From positions 1 through 46,717 of the forward strand of contig JBBSWW010000010.1 in assembly GCA_038046085.1 (NCBI GenBank): 46,717 nt of DNA, given 5' to 3'. Shown here in pieces: positions 38,646-46,717 of the stretch; positions within the stretch are counted from its first letter, which is position 1; each line of letters starts with the position of its first letter. The translations under genes and the position numbers were made by a program. The notes under the pieces are model-generated. The model made no database searches and was not told the origin of the DNA. It worked only from the letters and a program-made list of their open reading frames with translations. This DNA comes from Nanobdellota archaeon. GTDB taxonomy: Archaea; Nanobdellota; Nanobdellia; SCGC-AAA011-G17; GW2011-AR18.

Positions 38646-39005
38646 TTATTTATTCCTATAACCAAACTTTTTATTATATTTATCGTGATCAACTAAGTCT
38701 AAAATAAAACATACAATCTTTATATTATTCCCGTCAATAGTATAAAGCATACGATAAAAACCAATTAATTCAACCCTCCAGAGGTTATCAACACTATATT
38801 CTTTAGGAATGATTATTTTCTTAATCTGATTACCGTAAAATGGATTTAATTTAATAAAGTCTATTTTAGTTTTTATAGATTTTAATAATTGCATCTCATC
38901 ACTATTATTTTTACCATCTATTTTTTGCTTATTAACAACTTCATTTAACTTATTATAAATTTCTAGAGCTTCACCAATAAATGTTATTTCAACTAATCTA
39001 TCCAT
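38646..39005 (-). CDS. RelE/ParE-like toxin
   Basis: IKLNPFYG..I, NLWRVEL..YRMLYTI, ILDLVDHDKYNKKFGY. Confidence 0.65.
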   Translation of the reverse strand: MDRLVEITFIGEALEIYNKLNEVVNKQKIDGKNNSDEMQLLKSIKTKIDFIKLNPFYGNQIKKIIIPKEYSVDNLWRVELIGFYRMLYTIDGNNIKIVCFILDLVDHDKYNKKFGYRNK

Positions 39006-39079
39006 TTATACATATGATAAACGAATTTTAAAAAACCTATCTAAGAAAAAGCTGAAAATCTTACAAGATTTATAGAATA

Positions 39080-39358
39080 TTATACAGTTAAACCCTGCTT
39101 TTGCAATCTCTCAAGTTCTTCAGTAGGAGTATAAACCCATAAAACACCTTTAGTACCAATCAATATTTTTCCGCTATTTTGAAGATAATCAAGGACTTGA
39201 AGCAATGTTTTATGCATTATTTTTTTAGGAAGCTTTCTTTTAATTTGAGCAATAGTTAGTAAATCTTTATCCCTTTCAAGAACTTTTTCAACCATCATTA
39301 TAGTCTTCAAAGTAGGAGAATGATCCTTGCTTTGTTTTTTTACTTGAATTTGAGACAT
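39080..39358 (-). CDS. Winged-helix protein, putative cognate antitoxin or regulator
   Basis: PTLKTIMMVE..TIAQIKRKLPKKIMHKTLLQVLDYLQNSGKI; palindrome TTGATATA/TATATCAA (39360-39379) immediately upstream of ATG 39358. Confidence 0.65.
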   Translation of the reverse strand: MSQIQVKKQSKDHSPTLKTIMMVEKVLERDKDLLTIAQIKRKLPKKIMHKTLLQVLDYLQNSGKILIGTKGVLWVYTPTEELERLQKQGLTV

Positions 39359-39450
39359 TTTGATATAAATATATATCAATTAGGTATAAACTTATATATA
39401 AAATTATTGTTTAATAAGATTTAAAATAGAGACTAACACCCTATAAGATT

Positions 39451-40266
39451 ATGAAAAGCCTATTATTAACATTTGATCTAGAAGAATTTGTATGTCCTGC
39501 AGAGAGAAAATTAGAAATACCAAAAGAAAGATTATTTGAGGTAAGCAGAGAAGGATTAAAAAATATAATAAAGATATTAGAAAATAATAACATCAGAGCT
39601 ACATTCTTCACAACATACGAATTTGCAAATAAGAATAAAGATTTGATAAGAACATTAGTGAAAAAAGGAAATGAGATCTCAATGCATGGATATGAGCATA
39701 ATACATCATTAAATAAGATGAAAAGTGAAGATGTAATAAAAGAATTAAGAAAAGCGAAAATGGGAATAGAAAAAATAACAGGAAAAAAAGTGAATGGATT
39801 CAGGTCACCACAGATGAAAATATTAAATGAAAAAATATTAAACAATATTGGAATAAAATATGACAGTTCATTACACCCAACATTCATACCAGGAAATTTC
39901 CAGATGTTCAAGACAAGAAGTATACATAAAAGAGGGAATGTAATAGAGATACCAGTATCAGTAACACCAATACTAAGACTTCCTTTTTCATGGGTATGGT
40001 TCAGGAATGCAGGATTATTATATACAAAAATATGCACAAAATTAAACTTAATAGATAAAGATTATGTAAATATATATTTCCATCCATGGGACTTCTATAA
40101 TACAAACACGAGAGAGTTCAAAGGGGTATTATATATCAGTTTAAGGAATGCTGGAGAAAAAACAATAGAACAATTAGATAGGTATGTAATATGGTGTAAA
40201 AAGAACAATCTTGAGGTAACAACAATTTCTGAATATTTGAGCAAAAAAGCACTCATTAAGCCTTAA
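39451..40266 (+). CDS. Polysaccharide deacetylase (CE4/NodB, DUF3473-like)
   Basis: LTFDLEE, ATFF, HGYEH, GFRSP, YDSS, YFHPWDF. Confidence 0.92.
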   Translation: MKSLLLTFDLEEFVCPAERKLEIPKERLFEVSREGLKNIIKILENNNIRATFFTTYEFANKNKDLIRTLVKKGNEISMHGYEHNTSLNKMKSEDVIKELRKAKMGIEKITGKKVNGFRSPQMKILNEKILNNIGIKYDSSLHPTFIPGNFQMFKTRSIHKRGNVIEIPVSVTPILRLPFSWVWFRNAGLLYTKICTKLNLIDKDYVNIYFHPWDFYNTNTREFKGVLYISLRNAGEKTIEQLDRYVIWCKKNNLEVTTISEYLSKKALIKP

Positions 40267-40374
40267 AATGGCATTTTATGTACACTATTTATAAAGCTTA
40301 GTATATAAAATTTATATCATCACACCGTAGTTTCCGATGGAAAGTATATAAAGGAAATACCTCAAAATAAGGCT

Positions 40375-40584
40375 ATGTTAATAGAGGTGAAGGTAAAAAT
40401 AGGCAAAGAGAACAAGATAATTAGTATAGAAAACAATACATATACAGTAATGATAAAAGCAAAACCTGTTGATGGAGAGGCAAATAAAGAGCTATTAAAA
40501 TTCCTAAAAAAACAGCTAGGAAAAGAACTTATAATAAAAAGAGGATATACAAGCAGGAATAAAATATTAGAGATTATTTCCTGA
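40375..40584 (+). CDS. DUF167/UPF0235 family protein
   Basis: IKAKPVDGEANKELLKFL, IKRGYTSRNK. Confidence 0.9.
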   Translation: MLIEVKVKIGKENKIISIENNTYTVMIKAKPVDGEANKELLKFLKKQLGKELIIKRGYTSRNKILEIIS

Positions 40585-41299
40585 AAGACTTTTTCTCTTT
40601 AAATAACTTGAATAATTCAAGACCAAAATTCTTAGTATCCCTAAAAGGGTGAACTTTACTTTTCCTACCAACATCAACAACCTTAGCAGGAAGTTCCTTG
40701 ATCCTAAAACCAAGCCATGATGCCTTGACTAAAAATTCAGTATCCCAAGACCATGACTTAGACTTAACCAAAGGCAAAACACTTGATAAAACTTTTTTAT
40801 TAAAAGCCTTGAAACCACACTGATAATCCTTAATATCAACACCTAAAACAATACGAGCTGTGAAAGCATAACAATGACTAAAAACAGATCTTAAAAAAGA
40901 GTATTCAACTTCTGAATTTTTTAAATGCTTAGAAGCAATGACAATATCAAAACCATCATCAATAGATTTAATCATCTCATTAAATAAGTTAATATCAATA
41001 GCAAGATCAGCATCAATGAAAGCAACAATCCTTCCTTTAGCTAGCGGAAGAGAACCTGATAAAACAGAACCTTTACCCTGATTCTTATCATTAGAGAATA
41101 ACTTTAATTCTTTAAACTTCTTCATCTTAGACCTTACAATATCAGAAGTGTTATCTGAAGAACCATCATCAGCAACAATAATCTCAAAAGGTTTCTTCAA
41201 AGATCTAAAAAAACTATGAACTCTATCAATACTGGAAGAGATTATCATAGATTCATTATAAGCTGGAAGAACTATAGAATATATAATATCTTTAGGCAT
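40574..41299 (-). CDS. Dolichyl/polyprenyl-phosphate glycosyltransferase (GT2), paralog of 36382-37131
   Basis: SIVLPAYNE, DDGSSD, IDADLAIDINLF, SKHLK.SEVEY, DYQCGFKAF, WSWDTE. Confidence 0.9.
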   Translation of the reverse strand: MPKDIIYSIVLPAYNESMIISSSIDRVHSFFRSLKKPFEIIVADDGSSDNTSDIVRSKMKKFKELKLFSNDKNQGKGSVLSGSLPLAKGRIVAFIDADLAIDINLFNEMIKSIDDGFDIVIASKHLKNSEVEYSFLRSVFSHCYAFTARIVLGVDIKDYQCGFKAFNKKVLSSVLPLVKSKSWSWDTEFLVKASWLGFRIKELPAKVVDVGRKSKVHPFRDTKNFGLELFKLFKEKKSFRK

Positions 41300-41375
41300 A
41301 GAACAACAATCATCAGAGTATTATTAAAAGTTTCTAAAAGATATATTTAAAAATATAAAACAGGATGCAAAACAT

Positions 41376-42536
41376 ATGGCATTTAAAAGATTTCTAAAAG
41401 ATAATTGGATCTTAATAATTATATTAGTATTAGCACTAACATTGAGAGTCTATAACTTAGAAAATAAAGAATATGGAACAGATGAGAATTTCAGCATAGA
41501 ATACGGAAAAGATGCAGTAAATGGGAATTTAATGGGAGTTATAGCAAAAGATGTACATCCACCATTATATTATATAATCACAGGATATTTACTAAGATTA
41601 TATGATTCTATATATTTCTTAAGAATACTAAGTTTATTGATAGGACTGCTTGGAATATTATTAACATATAAAATAACAAAAGATATTACAAAAGATAAAA
41701 ATTTAGGATTATTAACAGCATTCTTATTAAGCATAAACCCAATGCATATAATATATTCAGTACAGTTAAGAGCATACATCTTATTATCATTAATATATCT
41801 AGCATGCATATGGATATTATACCAATACATATTCAATAAAAAAAGTAAAATAATCTATCTGCTAATACCATTATATCTACTATCATTCTATATGCATTTC
41901 TATACAATATTTATGATAGGAACACATGTAATACTTGTAGGATATTTTAAATTAAGAGATAAAATAAAAATAAAAGATTATGTCAAAACATTAATAATAT
42001 CATCAATAGGAATGCTATTGTATTTACCTATATTCATAAGACAATTCAAATTCACAATAATAGATGAAGGAAATTTTGCATTAACAAGACTAAGATTAAC
42101 AGAGATACCTTATCCGTTCTATAAATTCGCTGTAATGATAAATTATTCAACAGTAAAAGAACAATTACTAATATTATTAGTATTAGCAATCATATTAACA
42201 TCATTAATGCTTTATGGAATGTACAGATTATATAAATATAATAATAGAGAATTCTATTTCATAATAATAACATTCTTTGGGATAATACTATTACCATTAA
42301 TACTAAATCCATTAATAGAATACCTAAGCAAAGGAAGAACAACATTATATTATTTCAGATATTTCACTTACATAATACCAATTTATGTATTCTTAATAGC
42401 AAATGGACTGAATATAAAGAACAAGATAATAAAATATACATTAATAGGAATTATAATAATCGGATGGATGATAGCACTAAATTATTATTATAATATCATG
42501 ACAACATATGGGTGGAGCAGATTAATAGCAGTATAA
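41376..42536 (+). CDS. GT-C fold membrane glycosyltransferase (PMT_2-like)
   Basis: TDENFS...DVHPPLYY, YSVQLRAY, FRYF; many transmembrane helices. Confidence 0.88.
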   Translation: MAFKRFLKDNWILIIILVLALTLRVYNLENKEYGTDENFSIEYGKDAVNGNLMGVIAKDVHPPLYYIITGYLLRLYDSIYFLRILSLLIGLLGILLTYKITKDITKDKNLGLLTAFLLSINPMHIIYSVQLRAYILLSLIYLACIWILYQYIFNKKSKIIYLLIPLYLLSFYMHFYTIFMIGTHVILVGYFKLRDKIKIKDYVKTLIISSIGMLLYLPIFIRQFKFTIIDEGNFALTRLRLTEIPYPFYKFAVMINYSTVKEQLLILLVLAIILTSLMLYGMYRLYKYNNREFYFIIITFFGIILLPLILNPLIEYLSKGRTTLYYFRYFTYIIPIYVFLIANGLNIKNKIIKYTLIGIIIIGWMIALNYYYNIMTTYGWSRLIAV

Positions 42537-42544
42537 TTATTTAA

Positions 42545-43012
42545 TTAACTAAACCAAGATTCTTTATAAAAAGTTGTTTTTACATTTCCTTCATCATCTA
42601 AAACTTCTATCTTTTCAGGCCATTCAAAATTATGAAGTTCTGTCTTCCTTGATGTTAAAAATTCTACTTCTCTGTCATACATGAATCTATCAAATTTTTT
42701 TCTCATCTCATCACAATGGCCAAAACCACAACCACTATGATTCTTCTTTTTAGGTTTATATTCAGGTATTTTTCTTCCCTTCTCTACTGGAGACCTAATA
42801 TCAATATAAGCCCTTATTCTAGTTCCTAATTCATAATTAAATTCCAAACCACATCTTAAACTTTTAACATGAGGATCATCAGCTTCCACTTCTAAAAGCT
42901 TAGCAATAGGATATTCTCCCTCGTGAGCGCTTTCAGTTGTAATAACTATAGGTTTAAGATCATTAATATTAACTACTCTTGCTTCAATAGTCTTATAGAA
43001 ATCATCACCCAT
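42545..43012 (-). CDS. Hypothetical protein
   Basis: Open frame from MGDDF; HSGCGFGHCD segment; no family recognised. Confidence 0.65.
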   Translation of the reverse strand: MGDDFYKTIEARVVNINDLKPIVITTESAHEGEYPIAKLLEVEADDPHVKSLRCGLEFNYELGTRIRAYIDIRSPVEKGRKIPEYKPKKKNHSGCGFGHCDEMRKKFDRFMYDREVEFLTSRKTELHNFEWPEKIEVLDDEGNVKTTFYKESWFS

Positions 43013-43066
43013 GAAAGAATTTATGAAAACAGATATATAAAGATTATTGTAGTAAACATTCAATAA

Positions 43067-43765
43067 TTATTTCTTTATACCAGAAACTAAAAGACCGGTA
43101 GAGATATTAGGGTAATTCTTTCCAGCGGGTATTAAAAAATAAAAAATATTCCTCAAAGGCCAAATAGTAGAAAAATGTTCAGACTTAGGCAAAATCGGAG
43201 GGATATAATAACCTGTTACTTTGATATCTTTAAGATAAGGAGATAACATCTGTATCAATTCATCTTTAGTATATTCATAATAATGCTTATCAATAATCTT
43301 ATGACCGAAAAACCTACCTCTCAATTCCTTACGGTTAGGAGTAGTTAAAAATAACTTACCATTTGTTTTCAAGACTCTTATCAATTCTTTAATACCTTTA
43401 GAAGCAATATCCGCAGGAACATGTTCAATAACATCCCAACAGACAACTTTATCAAAAGAATTATTTTTATATTTCAACTTAGTGATATCACCAACTTCAA
43501 ACTTAGCATTCTTGATATTCAATTTATCGAAAATCAACCTAGCAAATTTTAAAGGATAATCCTGATTATCAACACCAATAATATTCTTAACATGAGGAGC
43601 AATTAAAGATGTCAGTTTACCATCACCACAACCAACATCCAAAACAACATCAGACTTAGAGAAATTATTAAGAGAAGACTTGACTGGATATTCGTAAACT
43701 TTTTTAAAAAAACCATCCCAAGCCCAGTGATATGGATAAATATATTCGTTAACTTTTTCTTCCAT
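43067..43765 (-). CDS. Class I SAM-dependent methyltransferase
   Basis: VLDVGCGDG, DVIEHV, RVLKTNG, TTPN, HYYEY. Confidence 0.9.
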   Translation of the reverse strand: MEEKVNEYIYPYHWAWDGFFKKVYEYPVKSSLNNFSKSDVVLDVGCGDGKLTSLIAPHVKNIIGVDNQDYPLKFARLIFDKLNIKNAKFEVGDITKLKYKNNSFDKVVCWDVIEHVPADIASKGIKELIRVLKTNGKLFLTTPNRKELRGRFFGHKIIDKHYYEYTKDELIQMLSPYLKDIKVTGYYIPPILPKSEHFSTIWPLRNIFYFLIPAGKNYPNISTGLLVSGIKK

Positions 43766-43818
43766 AAAAAACAGCAATAAAAGTATATTATAAGCATTTC
43801 TATGAGTAAAATAAAATA

Positions 43819-44118
43819 TTAATTTAATAGCTTCATATCATCTTCTAAATCTTTTATAGAATAATCTGAGTTATAACCATTATCTACTAGATATTTTTGC
43901 ATCTCCCAAATTGTGACATTAGCCTTTTTTGCAGCCTCACTTAAAGTTAATTTTCCTTTTAAGTAGTCATCTTTAACTCTTTGCTTTATGTAATCTGAAA
44001 ATCCTATATTAATCAACTTTCTTAACATTGTAGATCTATCTAACGATTCTTCTTTGCTTAATTTGTCAACTATTTTTAAAAATTCATCATCCAACCTTAT
44101 ACCTATTGCTTCACCCAT
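43819..44118 (-). CDS. RHH + UPF0175 antitoxin-like protein
   Basis: IGIRLDDE..DRSTMLRKLI; YLKGKLTLSEAAKKANVTIWEM; overlaps the PIN gene. Confidence 0.85.
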   Translation of the reverse strand: MGEAIGIRLDDEFLKIVDKLSKEESLDRSTMLRKLINIGFSDYIKQRVKDDYLKGKLTLSEAAKKANVTIWEMQKYLVDNGYNSDYSIKDLEDDMKLLN

Positions 44119-44620
44119 ATTTCTCACCATCCAATAATACTTTATCAATAACTGAGCTACTAAACCAACCTATCTCTCTCATTTTATTTATACAATTTTC
44201 AAATTTATTTTTATCAATTTTTTTTGATTGTCTTAATTTTAATAAAACAGCTAAAGAACCTATAATTCTAGCATTAACTAAATCTTTTTTTTTCCTTAGG
44301 TTAAAATCGTCGGATATTAGTAAATCACATTTTTCTTGCTTATATAATATTAAAGCTTCTGCCTCTCCACCATAAATATTAAATTCATTTACCATTTTTG
44401 TTACTTCCTTATCCTTAATTTCTTTTACTTTAATTTTTTTGTTTTTTATCAGATTCTCTATAATGATAACTTCATCACTTCCTTTATTTTTACCAGCAGT
44501 TACTACCTCTTCGAATACCATTTTAGGGATTAATACTACTTTGAAAAAGTTGCAACTTGTTTCTAATAATGTAATCTTAGCTAAATTTATTAAAACCATT
44601 GAATCTTTTACAACCTTCAT
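44111..44620 (-). CDS. PIN-domain protein (DUF3368/VapC-like toxin)
   Basis: VVKDSMVLINLAK, IPKMVFEEV, GEAEAL..LLISDD, IGSLAVLL. Confidence 0.88.
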   Translation of the reverse strand: MKVVKDSMVLINLAKITLLETSCNFFKVVLIPKMVFEEVVTAGKNKGSDEVIIIENLIKNKKIKVKEIKDKEVTKMVNEFNIYGGEAEALILYKQEKCDLLISDDFNLRKKKDLVNARIIGSLAVLLKLRQSKKIDKNKFENCINKMREIGWFSSSVIDKVLLDGEKYG

Positions 44621-44627
44621 GTTATAT

Positions 44628-44639
44628 ATTGTGCACAAT
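44628..44639. promoter_or_regulatory. Perfect palindrome ATTGTGCACAAT, likely autoregulatory operator of the PIN/UPF0175 pair
   Basis: Lies between the TATA box (TTTATAAA, 44644-44651) and ATG 44620. Confidence 0.6.
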
Positions 44640-44697
44640 GTTATTTATAAACCTTTCTCTTATAGATTTATATATCATTCAATGTCTTATTTGATAT

Positions 44698-45861
44698 ATG
44701 AAAATACTAATAGTAAGCTATTATCCACTAGGGTTTGGTGGTGCTGAAGTAAGCATGAAGATACTAGCCTCTGGACTGAAAAAACTAGGACATGAAGTAA
44801 TATTTGCATCAACAGGACAGTATGAAGGATTCAAGACATACAAATTAAAAAATTATAAGAGAATACCATTCTTTTTCATAAGAGACAGATTAATCAGCAA
44901 AGAATTATGTGATATCATAAAGAAAGAAAAAATAAGTGTAATACATTCAAATGGATTCTATACATCATTAGCAGTGTTAAAAGCTGGAAAAAAAACAGAG
45001 ATAAAATCAGCAGTACATTTTAGAGATTATGCACTAGCATGCGTGAAAAGCACATGTTTAGATAGTGATAATAAAGAACATGAAAAAGATACATATAGAC
45101 ATCTATTTGTTGAATACTCCCCAATAAGATGGATATGGGAATTCTATAAATGGAATTATATAAAAAGAAGCTGGAAAAAAATAAAACAATTTGATCTAGT
45201 AATATCAAACAGCAATCCAGTAAAAGAAAAACTAAAATCATTAGGAATAGAATCAACATATTTAGCTAATCCAGTTGATTTAGATGAGAGAACAAAGACA
45301 AGTTTTAAAGAACTAAGAGAGGAATATAAGATAAAAGAATTTACAATATTATATGCAGGAACATTAGAAGAACATAAAGGAATATATAACTTATTAGTAA
45401 CTTTAAAAGATTTTTTGATAAAAAATAAAGTAAGACTGATAATCGCAGGAAAAGGATCAACATATTTCAAGATATTGAAGTTCATACTAGAAAATACAAT
45501 AATAAATGCTAAAATGATAGGAATGAAACAGCATGAAGAGATAATGAGATTGTACAAGTTATCTGATTTAATAGTTGTGCCATCAATATGGAAAGAACCA
45601 TTGCCAAGAACAATACTAGAAGCAATGCAGAATTCTAAACCAGTACTAGCAACAAATGTTGGAGGAAATATAGATTTAATTACTGATGGATATAATGGAT
45701 ATTTGATAAAAGATAATGAGTGGGAACAAAGAATAAAAGAGTTAATGAAAAATAAGAGTTTAAGAGAGAGAATGGGAAGAAACGGAAGAAAAACATTAGA
45801 AGAAAAACATGATCTCAAGAAGATAAGCAAGGAATTAGAAGGAATGTATAAAAAGATATAA
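44698..45861 (+). CDS. Glycosyltransferase family 4
   Basis: GGAEVS, HFRDY, GTLEEHKG, PSIWKEPLPRTILEAM..PVLATNVGG. Confidence 0.92.
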   Translation: MKILIVSYYPLGFGGAEVSMKILASGLKKLGHEVIFASTGQYEGFKTYKLKNYKRIPFFFIRDRLISKELCDIIKKEKISVIHSNGFYTSLAVLKAGKKTEIKSAVHFRDYALACVKSTCLDSDNKEHEKDTYRHLFVEYSPIRWIWEFYKWNYIKRSWKKIKQFDLVISNSNPVKEKLKSLGIESTYLANPVDLDERTKTSFKELREEYKIKEFTILYAGTLEEHKGIYNLLVTLKDFLIKNKVRLIIAGKGSTYFKILKFILENTIINAKMIGMKQHEEIMRLYKLSDLIVVPSIWKEPLPRTILEAMQNSKPVLATNVGGNIDLITDGYNGYLIKDNEWEQRIKELMKNKSLRERMGRNGRKTLEEKHDLKKISKELEGMYKKI

Positions 45862-45898
45862 TTAACTAGCCTTATATATTAATAAATTTTTCACTAAA

Positions 45899-46327
45899 AT
45901 GCTTAAATTAATAAAGAAAAACCATAGAAAAGCTAAAAATTTCCTCTCAGCATATATTGCTTCATTATTAGTGTCTTTTATTATAGGAGTTTATTTTACT
46001 ATTTTGTTAAATTCGCCAGAAAAACCTGATTGGAATAAAAACCCATTTACATGGATAATTTTAACAACCATTCTAATATTAATTTTAATATTTTATTATA
46101 TATTTGGTATGAAAAATGCTTTTGATTTTAGAGACAAGCAAAATTTTTATGATAATTATTTTATGAGTATAGCTATTTCAGTATTTACCACTTTACTTAT
46201 TTCTTATAATTATTTTTTCAAGATAGCCTATAATGCAGTATACGTTTTACTTGCTGTAGTAATTTTTTACTTCCCTTTAAATTATTTATATATTAAACTT
46301 AGACCTAAGGACAAATTAATTAAATAG
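45899..46327 (+). CDS. Hypothetical four-TM membrane protein
   Basis: Four hydrophobic segments; fills the gap between GT4 and thrS. Confidence 0.65.
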   Translation: MLKLIKKNHRKAKNFLSAYIASLLVSFIIGVYFTILLNSPEKPDWNKNPFTWIILTTILILILIFYYIFGMKNAFDFRDKQNFYDNYFMSIAISVFTTLLISYNYFFKIAYNAVYVLLAVVIFYFPLNYLYIKLRPKDKLIK

Positions 46328-46717
46328 TTTTTTCATCAATTTCTTTCTTAACTTTCTTTATGAAATCAGATCTGCTTAAGTTAATGATATTATTATCACG
46401 AGTCCTAATTGCTAAATCTGATGATTGCATTTCTTTGTCCCCAATTGTGATTAAATAATTTATTTTCATTAATTGATGATCACGAACTTTTCTACCAATA
46501 CTTTCAGCTCTTGCATCAACTTCAACACGGATACCAGAATGTAAAAGTTCATCTTTCAAGTTATTAGCATAATCTTCATGCCTATCTGCTATTGTCATAA
46601 TAACAACCTGAACAGGAGATAACCATACAGGGAACTTACCAGCATATTTCTCAATTAATAACCCAATAATCCTCTCAATAGCACCAACAGATGACCTATG
46701 TATAACAACAACTTTTT
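46320..46717 (-). CDS. thrS: Threonyl-tRNA synthetase, 3' part (runs off the window)
   Basis: Reading from the window end: VIHRSSVGAIERIIGLLIEKYAGKFPVWLSPVQV, then anticodon domain ESIGRKVR..IGDKE..IRTR. Confidence 0.95.
   Translation of the reverse strand, partial: KVVVIHRSSVGAIERIIGLLIEKYAGKFPVWLSPVQVVIMTIADRHEDYANNLKDELLHSGIRVEVDARAESIGRKVRDHQLMKINYLITIGDKEMQSSDLAIRTRDNNIINLSRSDFIKKVKKEIDEKTI

Noticed and set aside
40260-40325. Minus-strand GTGATGA as a box C/D sRNA
   Set aside because: No CTGA box D at a suitable distance and the would-be guide is almost pure A/T
1747-45830. Many antisense and alternate-frame ORFs in the track (for example 4174-4572, 14089-14805, 30962-31522, 39441-40037, 45156-45830)
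   Set aside because: They overlap well-supported genes and are low-complexity L/F/S/I sequences; the strand bias depletes stop codons on the opposite strand
20283-45861. Integron-like cassette array explaining the mosaic locus
   Set aside because: No repeated attC-like palindromes, mixed gene orientation and no integrase
1-46717. DGR reverse transcriptase or template repeat within the window
   Set aside because: No ORF with RT motifs and no AAC-rich copy of the variable region found by eye

Overview
AT-rich archaeal chromosomal window. GatD, ATP-dependent DNA ligase, TrmB, FtsZ2, an AglH-like transferase, TATA boxes with leaderless starts and the orphan-gene style point to a DPANN (Woesearchaeota/Pacearchaeota-like) genome; this taxonomy is inferred. 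Layout: (i) 0.7-4.6 kb, a toxin-antitoxin/defence-like island (RHH protein, AbiEi/AbiEii-like pair, three unknown ORFs, MNT-HEPN); (ii) 4.7-20 kb, housekeeping and orphan genes (PAP2/SMS-like, MsrQ-like, sugar-phosphate nucleotidyltransferase, MtaB-like methylthiotransferase, S-layer-like protein, atypical kinase, TrmB, lig, ftsZ, DUF4046-like repeat protein, nitroreductase, pore-less voltage-sensor protein, gatD, NYN); (iii) 20.3-45.9 kb, a large surface-glycosylation locus (GT2/GT4/GT-C, flippase, methyltransferases, two radical SAM enzymes, deacetylase) interrupted by TA modules; (iv) the 3' end of thrS. Most notable observations: an orphan DGR-type variable-region target gene at 34851-35618 with no RT or template repeat in the window, a structured non-coding region with twin UUGGCG-loop hairpins upstream of ftsZ, several other unexplained RNA-like hairpins, and a strong strand-specific A/T bias that affects protein composition. 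No rRNA, tRNA, CRISPR array or transposase was recognised. All family calls come from motif recognition by eye, not database searches.
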